This document shows positions 16,617 through 25,014 of a stretch of DNA of 58,525 nt, piece by piece. The stretch comes from Candidatus Nealsonbacteria bacterium (lineage in GTDB: Bacteria > Patescibacteriota > Minisyncoccia > Minisyncoccales > PWPS01). The stretch spans positions 1 through 58,525 of the forward strand of contig PUMQ01000004.1 of the NCBI GenBank assembly GCA_003551435.1, written 5' to 3'. Made by a program: the position numbers and the translations under genes. How positions within the stretch are numbered: position 1 is the stretch's first letter; every line of letters begins with the position of its first letter. The notes below the pieces were generated by a model that saw only the letters and a list, made by a program, of their open reading frames with translations, was not told the origin of the DNA and did not search any database.

Positions 16617-18698
16617 TTATTCTTCTTTTGAGTTTTCTGTGGGTTTTTTGCTTGAAGTGAAAGTGCAGTCGGGATAGCGGTTGCAAGCGTAGAAAATGTT
16701 ACCTTTTTTTGACCTTCTTTTTACCACATCTCCCTCTTTGCACTCCGGGCACTTGATGTCCAAATCATCTTCAATGGATTTTATATTCTTACACTCCGGG
16801 TAGTTACTGCATCCGTAAAACTTTCCGAACTTGCTCTGCTTGAGCTGCATCTTCTTGCCGCACTTATCGCAAACCACATCATCTTCATTTTCTTCTTTAT
16901 CTCCGTTTAACGGTTTTGTGTTTTTACAGTCGGGGAAGTTTTTACAGGCGATAAATTTCCCGTATTTTCCGAGCTTTATCGCCATTTCCCCGCCACATTT
17001 TTCACATTTTTCCTCTGTTTTTTCTTCTTGCATAATATCTTCTTTTTTAATTTCTAATTCTTTTTCTTTTATTTTTTTATCAAAATCATCGTAAAAATCT
17101 TTTATTATATTCCGCCACTCTTTTTCTCCTTGTGCAATTCCGTCCAAATCTTCTTCCATTTTAGCGGTAAATTTGAGATCTACAATAGAAGGAAAGTGTT
17201 TTAAAAGAAGATTGCTCACGATTCTTCCTATTTCGGTTGGCTTAAGGCTTCTTTTTTCTATTTTTTCGATATAGTTTCTTTGGTAGAGGGTGGAGAGAAT
17301 GGGCGCGTAAGTGGAAGGCCTTCCTATTCCGTGCTTTTCCATTTCTTTTATAAGGGTCGCTTCTGTAAACCTTGCCGGGGGCTTAGTAAAGTGTTGGTTT
17401 GCTTCAATTTTTTTTGCGGTCAGTTTTTCTTCTTTTTCTATTAAAGGAAGTTCGTTTTCTTCAAACTTTACCGGGTACACCTTGGTAAAGCCGTCAAAAC
17501 GCATCACTGATCCGGAAGAAGAGAGAGTATAGCTGTTTTCTTTTTTTGCTTCCACTTCTATATTCGTAGAGTAAAACACGGCGTCGCTCATCAGGCAGGC
17601 CGTAAAACGTCTCCATATTAAATCATAGAGCTTTGCCTCTTCTTTTTTCAGATTACCGGCTTTTTGTGGGGAAGTTTCAAGAGAAGTCGGCCTTACAGCT
17701 TCGTGCGCTTCTTGTGTTTTTCCTTTTGCCGCAAATGTTCTTTCTTTATGGTATTTTTCTCCGAAGTTTTCCTTGATGTATTTCTCTCCCGCCTTTTTTG
17801 CTTCAAGAGAAAGATGGAGAGAGTCGGTGCGGTGGTAAGTAATTAATCCTTTTTCGTACAAGGATTGGGCTATACCCATTGTAAAACGAGACGGAAAACG
17901 CAACCTTTTAAAGGCTTCTTGCTGCAGTGTGCTGGTTGTAAAAGGGGGGAGCGGACGGCGTTTTTTTTCTTTTTGCTCTATTGACTTTACGGCAAAAGAT
18001 GCTTTTTCCAACTCTTCTTTTATTCCTTCCGCCTCTTCTTTTTCTTTTATCTCAAGTTTGCTGATCTTTTTCCCGTTTTTTTCTTTAAGGACAGCCGTGA
18101 ATTCTCCGTTTGCACAAGAAAGAAGAGCGGAAACACTCCAGTACTCATCCGCCCTAAAGGCTTCTATTTCTTTTTCCCTTTCGGTAACTATCCGCAAAGC
18201 GGCCGACTGTACTCTTCCGGCAGAGAGTCCCCTTACCACCTTTTTCCAGAGAAGAGGAGAAAGTTTGTACCCCACCAGCCTGTCTAAAACCCTCCGTGCT
18301 TGCTGGGCGTTTACCAGATTGACATCAATAGATCCGGGATTTTTTACCGCCTCTTCCACCGCTTTTTTAGTGATTTCGTTAAAAACCACTCTCTTGTAGT
18401 TTTCCAATCCCAGCGCTTGGACAAGGTGGTAAGAAATGGCCTCTCCCTCTCTGTCAGGGTCGGTGGCAAGATATACCTCGTCCGCTTTTTTTACAGCTTC
18501 TTTTAAGGGCTTTATATTCTTTCTGGATTTCAGGGGAATAACATATTGGGGCTCAAAATTGTTTTCCACGTCGATTCCCAGCTTACTTTTGGGAAGATCG
18601 CGAATATGCCCGCCGGAGGCGAGCACTTTGTAATTATTTCCCAAGAACTTTTCTAGAGTTTTTGTTTTTGTCGGGCTTTCCACCAGTACTAATTTCAT
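16617..18698 (-). CDS. topA: DNA topoisomerase I
   Basis: TOPRIM start MKLVLVESPTKTKTLEKFLG, DPDREGEAI, the active-site region ITYHRTDS, and C-terminal CxxC zinc-ribbon repeats. ATG 18698 is preferred over 18719. Confidence 0.95.
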   Translation of the reverse strand: MKLVLVESPTKTKTLEKFLGNNYKVLASGGHIRDLPKSKLGIDVENNFEPQYVIPLKSRKNIKPLKEAVKKADEVYLATDPDREGEAISYHLVQALGLENYKRVVFNEITKKAVEEAVKNPGSIDVNLVNAQQARRVLDRLVGYKLSPLLWKKVVRGLSAGRVQSAALRIVTEREKEIEAFRADEYWSVSALLSCANGEFTAVLKEKNGKKISKLEIKEKEEAEGIKEELEKASFAVKSIEQKEKKRRPLPPFTTSTLQQEAFKRLRFPSRFTMGIAQSLYEKGLITYHRTDSLHLSLEAKKAGEKYIKENFGEKYHKERTFAAKGKTQEAHEAVRPTSLETSPQKAGNLKKEEAKLYDLIWRRFTACLMSDAVFYSTNIEVEAKKENSYTLSSSGSVMRFDGFTKVYPVKFEENELPLIEKEEKLTAKKIEANQHFTKPPARFTEATLIKEMEKHGIGRPSTYAPILSTLYQRNYIEKIEKRSLKPTEIGRIVSNLLLKHFPSIVDLKFTAKMEEDLDGIAQGEKEWRNIIKDFYDDFDKKIKEKELEIKKEDIMQEEKTEEKCEKCGGEMAIKLGKYGKFIACKNFPDCKNTKPLNGDKEENEDDVVCDKCGKKMQLKQSKFGKFYGCSNYPECKNIKSIEDDLDIKCPECKEGDVVKRRSKKGNIFYACNRYPDCTFTSSKKPTENSKEE

Positions 18699-18773
18699 GT
18701 CAGAGGAAGAATAACACAAAAAAAGAAAAGGAGAAAGGGGCCTAACCGCCTACACCGATACCGGGTGTCGGGG

Positions 18774-18801
18774 TTGACAAAGTAGGAAAATGTAATATAA
18801 T
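18774..18801 (+). promoter_or_regulatory. Consensus promoter (TTGACA-N16-TATAAT) facing away from topA
   Basis: TTGACA at 18774-18779 and TATAAT at 18796-18801 on the + strand. The region up to the 3' end of pth contains no + strand ORF. Confidence 0.65.
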
Positions 18802-18807
18802 ATAAGT

Positions 18808-19033
18808 GTTCTTTAAAATCCCTTCGGGTTATCTGCGAGTGGCTTATTGTTTTTCTGCACGTATCTTTTGATCTTGCAGTTACAAAATCCCTCCTTTTTT
18901 TATTGGGAAGGAAGAGCGATTTATTCAATCTTCCTTTCCTTAAGCCGGTGTCCGTAACGGATACTTTCCGTCTTTCGGCCTGTAATCAGGTTTGAAGGCC
19001 GGAGCTCGCAGGTAGCCCAAAGGGATTTTTATT
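18808..19033 (+). ncRNA. Candidate structured ncRNA (~225 nt), family unassigned
   Basis: It has its own promoter. A 22-bp closing helix forms between 18815-18822/19022-19029 (8 bp) and 18826-18839/19005-19018 (14 bp). That helix includes two G.U pairs that would be C.A mismatches on the - strand. Internal helices: 18841-46/18941-46, 18855-59/18875-79, 18906-14/18930-39, 18948-64 and 18977-92. The 3' end is a U-run (19026-19035). Confidence 0.55.
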
Positions 19034-19690
19034 TTACTCGGGCTGGTTTTTTTCTTCCTCCAGATTAATTGTTTTTGCCGATATCTCCGAAAGAACAGCA
19101 TTTTTCAACTCTTCGGCCGCTTTCTCTTCAACTTTTTTTGTACTTGCCGGCAAACTTTTTAAAACAAAGTCTATCGCTTTTTCGTTTTTTCCTTTCTTTT
19201 CCGCTCTCTTACGGATTCCCACCCGCAATCGGACGAACTTTTTCGTTCTCAGCGATTTTATAACCGAAGCTACTCCCTTGTGCCCGGCGCTTCCCCGGGA
19301 AAAAGAAAAACGCAAAGTACCCAAAAAAAGATCACTGTCGTCGTGAACCAAAATCAATCTCTCAGGAGGAAGGCAAAACCTTTCCAGCGCCTTTCTTATC
19401 GCTTCCCCGGAAAGATTCATAAAAGTTAAAGGAAGAAGAAGGGCTACTCTTTTTCCTTCTATCTCTCCCTTTGAAACAAAAGATCTCAGGGTGTTGTCTT
19501 TAGAAAAGTCGGGAAGGGAAGATATCTCTCTTAGGCGCGAAACGATACGAAAACCGGCGTTGTGAGCCGTTTTTTTATAATCTTCTCCCGGGTTTCCAAG
19601 ACCGACAACAAGGTAATCAACGTTAGGCTCCTTCTTTTCTTCTCTTTTCTTAAATAAATTTCTAAACATGGAAAACAACTTGAAATTCAT
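19034..19690 (-). CDS. pth: Peptidyl-tRNA hydrolase
   Basis: YLVVGLGNPGEDYKKTAHNAGF, VHDD.DL..G..R, GSAGHKG. The start is ATG 19690 or 19669; the track's 19783 start overlaps lepB. Confidence 0.85.
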   Translation of the reverse strand: MNFKLFSMFRNLFKKREEKKEPNVDYLVVGLGNPGEDYKKTAHNAGFRIVSRLREISSLPDFSKDNTLRSFVSKGEIEGKRVALLLPLTFMNLSGEAIRKALERFCLPPERLILVHDDSDLFLGTLRFSFSRGSAGHKGVASVIKSLRTKKFVRLRVGIRKRAEKKGKNEKAIDFVLKSLPASTKKVEEKAAEELKNAVLSEISAKTINLEEEKNQPE

Positions 19691-19791
19691 TATACCTTTT
19701 TTAAAAGTAAATCGCAAAAAAGAGGACCGGACTTTTACAGGGTTTTGTAGGGATTTGATTCTTTTGTTAAAATTTGCTAACATTGCGGCGT

Positions 19792-20331
19792 ATGAGAACG
19801 ATGCTCAGCCATTTTTGGGAAGTAATGAAGGTGGTTGTTATTGCTCTGCTTATCGTAATACCGATAAGGATTTTTTTGTTCCAGCCGTTTATTGTCCGCG
19901 GGTCTTCCATGGAACCCAGCTTTCATGAATCCGATTACCTCATCGTGGACCAGCTGTCTTACCGTTTTCGGGATCCGGAAAGAGGGGAAGTGGTTGTTTT
20001 TCAGTATCCGCACGATCCTTTCAAAAGGCACATTAAGAGAATTATCGGTCTTCCCGGAGAAGAGCTTGTTGTTCAAGAAGAGAAGATCCTTATTACAATT
20101 GACGGAGAGGAAACAGTTTTAAGCGAAGACTATCTTCCAAGACCGATTCCGATGGGACGGGAAGAGGTTTCTCTCGGAGAAGGAGAATATTTTGTAATGG
20201 GAGATAACAGGGGCGCTTCTTTTGATTCGCGAAACTGGGGTCCTCTTCCGGAAGAAAATATTGTAGGAAAAGTGCTTATCCGAATTTCTCCTTTTAGCGC
20301 TTTTGCGTTTGTGGAAGCGCCGGATTACTGA
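19792..20331 (+). CDS. lepB: Signal peptidase I
   Basis: GSSMEPSF (catalytic Ser box), KRIIGLPGE (Lys box), GDNRGASFDSRNWG. ATG 19792 is preferred over TTG 19774. Confidence 0.9.
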   Translation: MRTMLSHFWEVMKVVVIALLIVIPIRIFLFQPFIVRGSSMEPSFHESDYLIVDQLSYRFRDPERGEVVVFQYPHDPFKRHIKRIIGLPGEELVVQEEKILITIDGEETVLSEDYLPRPIPMGREEVSLGEGEYFVMGDNRGASFDSRNWGPLPEENIVGKVLIRISPFSAFAFVEAPDY

Positions 20332-20453
20332 CAACCAATGACAAATGACAAATGACAAATGACAAATGACAAATGACCAATGACAAATGACCGTTGATAA
20401 GGAAGTCATAAGTCATAAGTTATAAGTCATGGGTCATAGGTCATAAGCCATAA
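20329..20453. repeat. Composite heptanucleotide-repeat element: 9 x (A/C)AATGAC, 13-nt spacer, 7 x GTCATAR
   Basis: The left array (20329-20391) begins with the lepB TGA stop codon itself. The right array (20405-20453) ends 6 nt before the hisS ATG. The arrays are inverted relative to each other, matching at 5 of 7 positions per unit. Confidence 0.9.
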
Positions 20454-20459
20454 ACATTT

Positions 20460-21734
20460 ATGCCAAAGAAACTTCAAAGTCCCAGCGGAATGCACGACAT
20501 TTTCGGGAGCCAGTACGATTACTTCCAAAAAGTAAGAGAGGTTGTTTTTAAAAATGCTGAAATTTACGGATTTCAAGGCATTGAAACACCGGTTATCGAA
20601 GATACGGAAATATTTACCCGCGGAACGGGAAAATTTACCGATATTGTGGAAAAAGAGATGTACACTTTTAAAACCAAGGGAGGGGATAGAGTTTCTTTAA
20701 GGCCGGAGGGAACTCCTCCTATTATGCGTGCTTTCATCCAGCACGGGCTTTACACCAAGCCCCAGCCGGTGAAGTTTTTTTACTTTGCTCCCTACTTCCG
20801 CTACGAAAGGCCGCAGGCGGGCAGGTATCGTCAGTTTTGGCAGTTTGGATTTGAGACAATCGGGAGAGGAGGGCCGGTAGTCGATACCCAGGTGATTGTA
20901 TTGGTTTACAACATACTAAAGGAGCTGGGAATAAAAAACGTGGTAACCGAGATAAACAGCATGGGAGACGAGAAGTGCCGGGAAGAGTATAAAAAAGCCC
21001 TTAAGAAACATTTAAAAAAGCAGAGTTCCCGTCTTTGTACTGACTGTAAAAGAAGAGTGGAAAAGAATCCTCTTCGGGCGCTGGACTGTAAGAAGTGTCT
21101 GGAAGTTAAGGCGGAAGCCCCACAGATTTTAGACCACATCTGCAAGAAGTGCTGCGAAGACTTCAGGAGAGTTTTGGAATTTTTAGAGGAAGTAGAAATC
21201 CCTTACGACTTAAACCCTTTTCTTGTCAGAGGATTAGACTACTATACGGGAGTGGTTTATGAGTTTTTTGCCCGTTCTAAAAAAAGCGGTGAAGAGGAGT
21301 TTCTCGCTCTCGGAGGAGGGGGAAGGTATGACGGGTTGAGTGCCGCCCTTGGTGGAGAAGAAAGACCGGCTACGGGAGCGGCTATGGGAGTGGAGAGAAT
21401 AGTTCTTCTGATGAAGAAAAACGGAGAGGTTTATGAGAAAGAAAAACCTCGGGTTTTTATCGCTCAGCTGGGAGATCTGGCAAAAAAGAAGTCGCTCAAG
21501 CTCTTTGAAGAGCTAAAGAAGGCCAATATTCCGGTTGCGGAAGCCTTCGGGCAGGATTCTTTGAAAAACCAAATGAGTAGAGCAGCCAAACTGGAAGCGG
21601 ATATAGCTATTATTATCGGCAAGGAGGAGGCGGCCGAAGACAAAGTTATTTTACGCGATATGGATTCCGGAGGGCAGGAGAAAGTAAAAACAAGCGAAAT
21701 AATAAAAGAAGTGAAGAAAAAACTCAAAGAATAA
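20460..21734 (+). CDS. hisS: Histidyl-tRNA synthetase
   Basis: Class II motifs: G..D.., FRYERPQAGRYRQFWQ.G, GGGGRYDGL, and a C-terminal anticodon-binding domain. Confidence 0.95.
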   Translation: MPKKLQSPSGMHDIFGSQYDYFQKVREVVFKNAEIYGFQGIETPVIEDTEIFTRGTGKFTDIVEKEMYTFKTKGGDRVSLRPEGTPPIMRAFIQHGLYTKPQPVKFFYFAPYFRYERPQAGRYRQFWQFGFETIGRGGPVVDTQVIVLVYNILKELGIKNVVTEINSMGDEKCREEYKKALKKHLKKQSSRLCTDCKRRVEKNPLRALDCKKCLEVKAEAPQILDHICKKCCEDFRRVLEFLEEVEIPYDLNPFLVRGLDYYTGVVYEFFARSKKSGEEEFLALGGGGRYDGLSAALGGEERPATGAAMGVERIVLLMKKNGEVYEKEKPRVFIAQLGDLAKKKSLKLFEELKKANIPVAEAFGQDSLKNQMSRAAKLEADIAIIIGKEEAAEDKVILRDMDSGGQEKVKTSEIIKEVKKKLKE

Positions 21735-21737
21735 AAA

Positions 21738-21780
21738 GTGACAAATGACAACTATAATGATCGTAGATTATAGGTCATAA
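21738..21780. repeat. Miniature version of the heptamer element (GTGACAA ATGACAA ... GTCATAA) with an embedded TATAAT
   Basis: Two left units (21738-21751), TATAAT at 21753-21758, and one right unit (21774-21780), between hisS and the HIT gene. Confidence 0.6.
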
Positions 21781-21791
21781 ACCAATTCATC

Positions 21792-22109
21792 ATGGACTGT
21801 TTATTCTGTAAAATAATAAAAAAGGAGATTCCTTCAAAAACGGTTCTTGAAAATGAGAGCGTGATTGTTTTTGAAGATATTAATCCCAAGATGCCGGTTC
21901 ACTTGCTTGTCGTTCCTAAAAAACACATTGCCTCGGTAAATGAAATAAAAGAGGAAGACAAGGAACTTATCGGAGAGCTTTTTCTTACCGCCAAACAGGC
22001 GGCGGAAAAGGTTGGAGTAAAAGACAAAGGATACAAGTTGTCCGTTCATGTTGGAGAAGGAGGAGGGCAGGAAATATTCCACCTCCACATTCACCTTCTT
22101 GGAGGATAA
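21792..22109 (+). CDS. HIT (histidine triad) family protein
   Basis: CLFCKI.., and the histidine triad HLHIHLLGG at the C-terminus. Confidence 0.9.
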   Translation: MDCLFCKIIKKEIPSKTVLENESVIVFEDINPKMPVHLLVVPKKHIASVNEIKEEDKELIGELFLTAKQAAEKVGVKDKGYKLSVHVGEGGGQEIFHLHIHLLGG

Positions 22110-22127
22110 AAATAACAAGTAATCATT

Positions 22128-22346
22128 ATGCCTTTAGAAGTAACAAGAAAAGAAAAAGAAAACAACAGCAGCCTGGTGTACCGTTTTACCCGCTCGGTAA
22201 TCCAGAGCGGAATTATCAGAGAAGCGCGTTCCCGCCGGTTTTTCCAGCGGCCAATGAGTAAAACGGCAAAAAAGCGCGCCGCTTTAAGGAAAATAAGAGC
22301 CAAGGAAGAGTACGAGAAAAAGCTTAAAGCGGGACAGATAAAATAA
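22128..22346 (+). CDS. rpsU: 30S ribosomal protein S21
   Basis: 72 aa, basic: VYRFTRSVIQSGIIREARSRRFFQRP..KKRAALRK resembles S21 (..RRFKR...K.G...E.RRR..YEKP). Confidence 0.75.
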   Translation: MPLEVTRKEKENNSSLVYRFTRSVIQSGIIREARSRRFFQRPMSKTAKKRAALRKIRAKEEYEKKLKAGQIK

Positions 22347-22757
22347 ATGGCGCCGGAGGTAAATAATTTAACCCGTTTTTCCGTCAATGAAAGATTGATT
22401 AGCAAAGCGGCTGAAATTGTTTTAAAAAAAGAGGGGGCGGAAGGTGAAGTCTCGGTGGCATTGGTAGGAGAAAAGAGAATAAGAGAAGCAAATAGAATTT
22501 ACCGCAAAAAAGACAAGGTAACGGACGTTCTTTCTTTTTTTTACAGCGAGAAAGGGTTTTTGGGAGAAGTGGTTCTTTGTCCTTTGAAGATTAAGAAAAA
22601 CTCCAAAAAGGGCGGTTTTACAAAAGAGATTTGTCGTGTTACTATACACGGAGTGCTTCATCTTCTGGGATACGAAGATACTACAAAAAAAAGTAAAGAG
22701 GAAATGGAAGAGAAAACAAACCGTTATTTGAAAATAATTTATAAAGAGGTAAAATAG
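22347..22757 (+). CDS. ybeY: rRNA maturation endoribonuclease YbeY
   Basis: TDVLSF, and the HGVLHLLGYED metal-binding motif near the C-terminus. Starts directly at the rpsU stop. Confidence 0.85.
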   Translation: MAPEVNNLTRFSVNERLISKAAEIVLKKEGAEGEVSVALVGEKRIREANRIYRKKDKVTDVLSFFYSEKGFLGEVVLCPLKIKKNSKKGGFTKEICRVTIHGVLHLLGYEDTTKKSKEEMEEKTNRYLKIIYKEVK

Positions 22758-22761
22758 GACA

Positions 22762-23973
22762 ATGAGCAAAGCCCCCACCATTGCAGCCGTTGACGTCGGA
22801 ACAGGCGTTGTAAAAGCCATTATCGTTCAGAAAGAACCCGAGGAAGGGGGTTTCAAAGTGCTCGGAAAAGCGGAAAACATCTCTTCCGGAGTGCGCAAGG
22901 GGGTGGTCAACGACCCGGACAAGACGGGAAAGGTTATCCAAGCGACTATGGCGGAGGCAAAAAGGGAAGCGGGAAGGGAGATAGACGAAGTTTATGCTAA
23001 TATAAACGGGATGCACATCTTTTGTCTCTCTTCTAAGGGCCTTATCTCCGTCTCACGGGCCGATCAAGAGATAGCCCAAGACGACATAGACAGGGTAATC
23101 GAGGCGGCAAAGACTTTTTCTTTGCCTGTAAACAAGGAAATTCTCCAAATTTTTCCCCGAGAGTTTATTATAGACAGAGAGAAAGGGATTAAGAATCCCT
23201 TGGGCCTTTACGGAGTAAGGTTGGAAACGGAGATTATTGCCGTAGGAGGATTTGTTTCTTACTCTAAAAATCTCGGGCAAGCTGTTTTAAATGCCGATCT
23301 TCAGGCAAGTGACCTTATTTTAGACCCTATAGCCACCTCCCGGGCAGTACTTACTTCCCAGGAAAAGGAGCTTGGAGCGGTTGTTGTTGATCTTGGAGCG
23401 GGAACAGCCGGAATTTCCGTTTACGAAGAAGGAGATCTTTTGCACACATCCGTTTTGCCGGTAGGAACCAACAATATTCGCAATGACATAGCTATCGGAC
23501 TTAGGGTGGATATAGAAACAGCGGAGTTTATAAAAAACAAATTCGGGGCTTCCATTCTGGGCCCTAAGAGCACCAAAAAAGAAAAACTCAAGCTTTCCTC
23601 GGGAGAGGAGATCTCTTTCCAAAAAAATGAAATAAGGAAGATAGCCGAACCGCGCTTGGAGGAGATTTTTGACGAAGTGGAAAAAGAGCTAAAGAAGATT
23701 TCCCGCAACAGACTGCTTCCCGGAGGAGCTATTTTAACCGGCGGAGGAGCGAAAATTCCTCATATAGTTGATTTTGTAAAAAAGAGACTCGGGCTTCCTT
23801 GCCGGATAGGAGTTCCTCGCAGATTTTCTCCCTTGGAAGACGATCCTTCTCTTTCTACTCTTTGCGGACTTGTTCTCTGCGGAATGGATTTGGAGGAAGA
23901 AGAAGGAGGAAGAATCAACTTTAAAGGGGCGTTTTCGAAAATAAAAAAGATATTTCAGGTATTTATTCCCTAG
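22762..23973 (+). CDS. ftsA: Cell division protein FtsA
   Basis: Actin-fold motifs (AAVDVGTGVVKA, VVDLGAGTAGISV, GGGAKIP) and a C-terminal amphipathic helix (FSKIKKIFQVFIP). Confidence 0.9.
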   Translation: MSKAPTIAAVDVGTGVVKAIIVQKEPEEGGFKVLGKAENISSGVRKGVVNDPDKTGKVIQATMAEAKREAGREIDEVYANINGMHIFCLSSKGLISVSRADQEIAQDDIDRVIEAAKTFSLPVNKEILQIFPREFIIDREKGIKNPLGLYGVRLETEIIAVGGFVSYSKNLGQAVLNADLQASDLILDPIATSRAVLTSQEKELGAVVVDLGAGTAGISVYEEGDLLHTSVLPVGTNNIRNDIAIGLRVDIETAEFIKNKFGASILGPKSTKKEKLKLSSGEEISFQKNEIRKIAEPRLEEIFDEVEKELKKISRNRLLPGGAILTGGGAKIPHIVDFVKKRLGLPCRIGVPRRFSPLEDDPSLSTLCGLVLCGMDLEEEEGGRINFKGAFSKIKKIFQVFIP

Positions 23974-23976
23974 TTT

Positions 23977-24906
23977 ATGAGAAGTTTGCCGAAAATAAAA
24001 GTGGTTGGCGTAGGCGGAGCCGGAGGAAACGCCGTTTCCCGAATGGCTGATTGCGGAATAAAAGGAGTGGAGCTTATGGCGATAAATACCGATTTCCACG
24101 ACCTTGAGAGCTGCAAAGCGGATAGTAAAATCCGTATCGGCAAAAAATTAACGGGAGGCCTTGGAACGGGAATGAATCCCGAGCTGGGAAGAAGGGCGGC
24201 TGAAGAAAACAGGGAGGAAATAAGCAAAGCGCTTCAAGGTTCGGACATGATTTTCCTTACCGCCGGAATGGGCGGAGGAACCGGGACGGGAGCACTTCCG
24301 ATAATTGCCGAAATCGCTAAAGAAAGCGGGGCGTTGACTATCGCAGTGGTTACTACGCCTTTTTCTTTTGAAGGAAAAGAGAGAGGCAGAGTGGCCAAGA
24401 GAAGAATGAAGGCGCTTCAAGAAAGAGTGGATACCCTAATCCCCATTTCCAACGACCGCCTTTTATCCTCTCTGGAACCGGGAATCACTCTTTCACAAGC
24501 TTTCTGGACTTGTGACGAAATACTCCGTCAGGCGGTGCAAGGAATTTCGGATCTTGTTACTCTTCCGGGAATTATTAATATTGACTTTGCCGACGTGAAA
24601 GCGATTATGAAAAACTCAGGCTCGGCTCTTTTCGGGAAAGGGGTAGCCAAAGGTAAGCGCCGAGCGGAAGAAGCCGCTATTCGCGCTCTCAACCTTCCTC
24701 TTGTCAACCTTTCTTGTGAAAACGCAAAAGGAGTTTTATTTAACGTGAACGGCGGAAAAGATCTCAGCTTATCGGAAATAAACGAAATAGCGGAAGTGAT
24801 TAAAAAGCGGGTTTCCTCTGGGGCGAGCATTATTTTCGGGGCGGTGGAAGACAAAAATCTGGAAGAAGGGGAAATTAAAGTTACCGTGATTGCAACCGGA
24901 TTTTAA
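23977..24906 (+). CDS. ftsZ: Cell division GTPase FtsZ (core only, no C-terminal linker or tail)
   Basis: [12 protein letters not shown], the GGGTGTG tubulin signature, NTD, and the end of the core at VTVIATGF followed directly by the stop codon and a terminator. Confidence 0.95.
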   Translation: MRSLPKIKVVGVGGAGGNAVSRMADCGIKGVELMAINTDFHDLESCKADSKIRIGKKLTGGLGTGMNPELGRRAAEENREEISKALQGSDMIFLTAGMGGGTGTGALPIIAEIAKESGALTIAVVTTPFSFEGKERGRVAKRRMKALQERVDTLIPISNDRLLSSLEPGITLSQAFWTCDEILRQAVQGISDLVTLPGIINIDFADVKAIMKNSGSALFGKGVAKGKRRAEEAAIRALNLPLVNLSCENAKGVLFNVNGGKDLSLSEINEIAEVIKKRVSSGASIIFGAVEDKNLEEGEIKVTVIATGF

Positions 24907-24922
24907 TCCGGTTTTCTTTTTT
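24894..24922 (+). terminator. Intrinsic terminator overlapping the ftsZ stop codon
   Basis: AACCGGA-TTTTAA-TCCGGTT followed by TTCTTTTTT. Confidence 0.75.
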
Positions 24923-24943
24923 AAGAGAATTTTTATGCAGGAT

Positions 24944-24972
24944 TTGACCCCTGCTTTTCATTGGAGTAGAAT
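24944..24972 (+). promoter_or_regulatory. Promoter for nrdDG (TTGACC-N17-TAGAAT)
   Basis: TTGACC at 24944-24949 and TAGAAT at 24967-24972, 43 nt upstream of ATG 25015. Confidence 0.6.
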
Positions 24973-25014
24973 GGGGGAGATTACTTAAAAAGATATTAAA
25001 AATGAAAGAGCAAT

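Noticed and set aside
18808-19033. Assignment of the candidate RNA as SRP (4.5S), 6S, tmRNA or RNase P RNA
   Set aside because: CCUGUAAUCAGG and GGAAGGAAG superficially recall SRP Alu and helix-8 sequences. However, the required GNRA-loop/AGCA symmetric-loop arrangement, the GGAAAGUCC and ACAGAA P4 strands and a tRNA-like 3' end are all absent. I cannot support any named family without a covariance-model search.
20329-20453. Possible CRISPR array
   Set aside because: The units are 7 nt long and contiguous, with no spacers. This is a heptanucleotide tandem repeat, not a CRISPR array. The same applies to 53706-53841 and 47259-47311.
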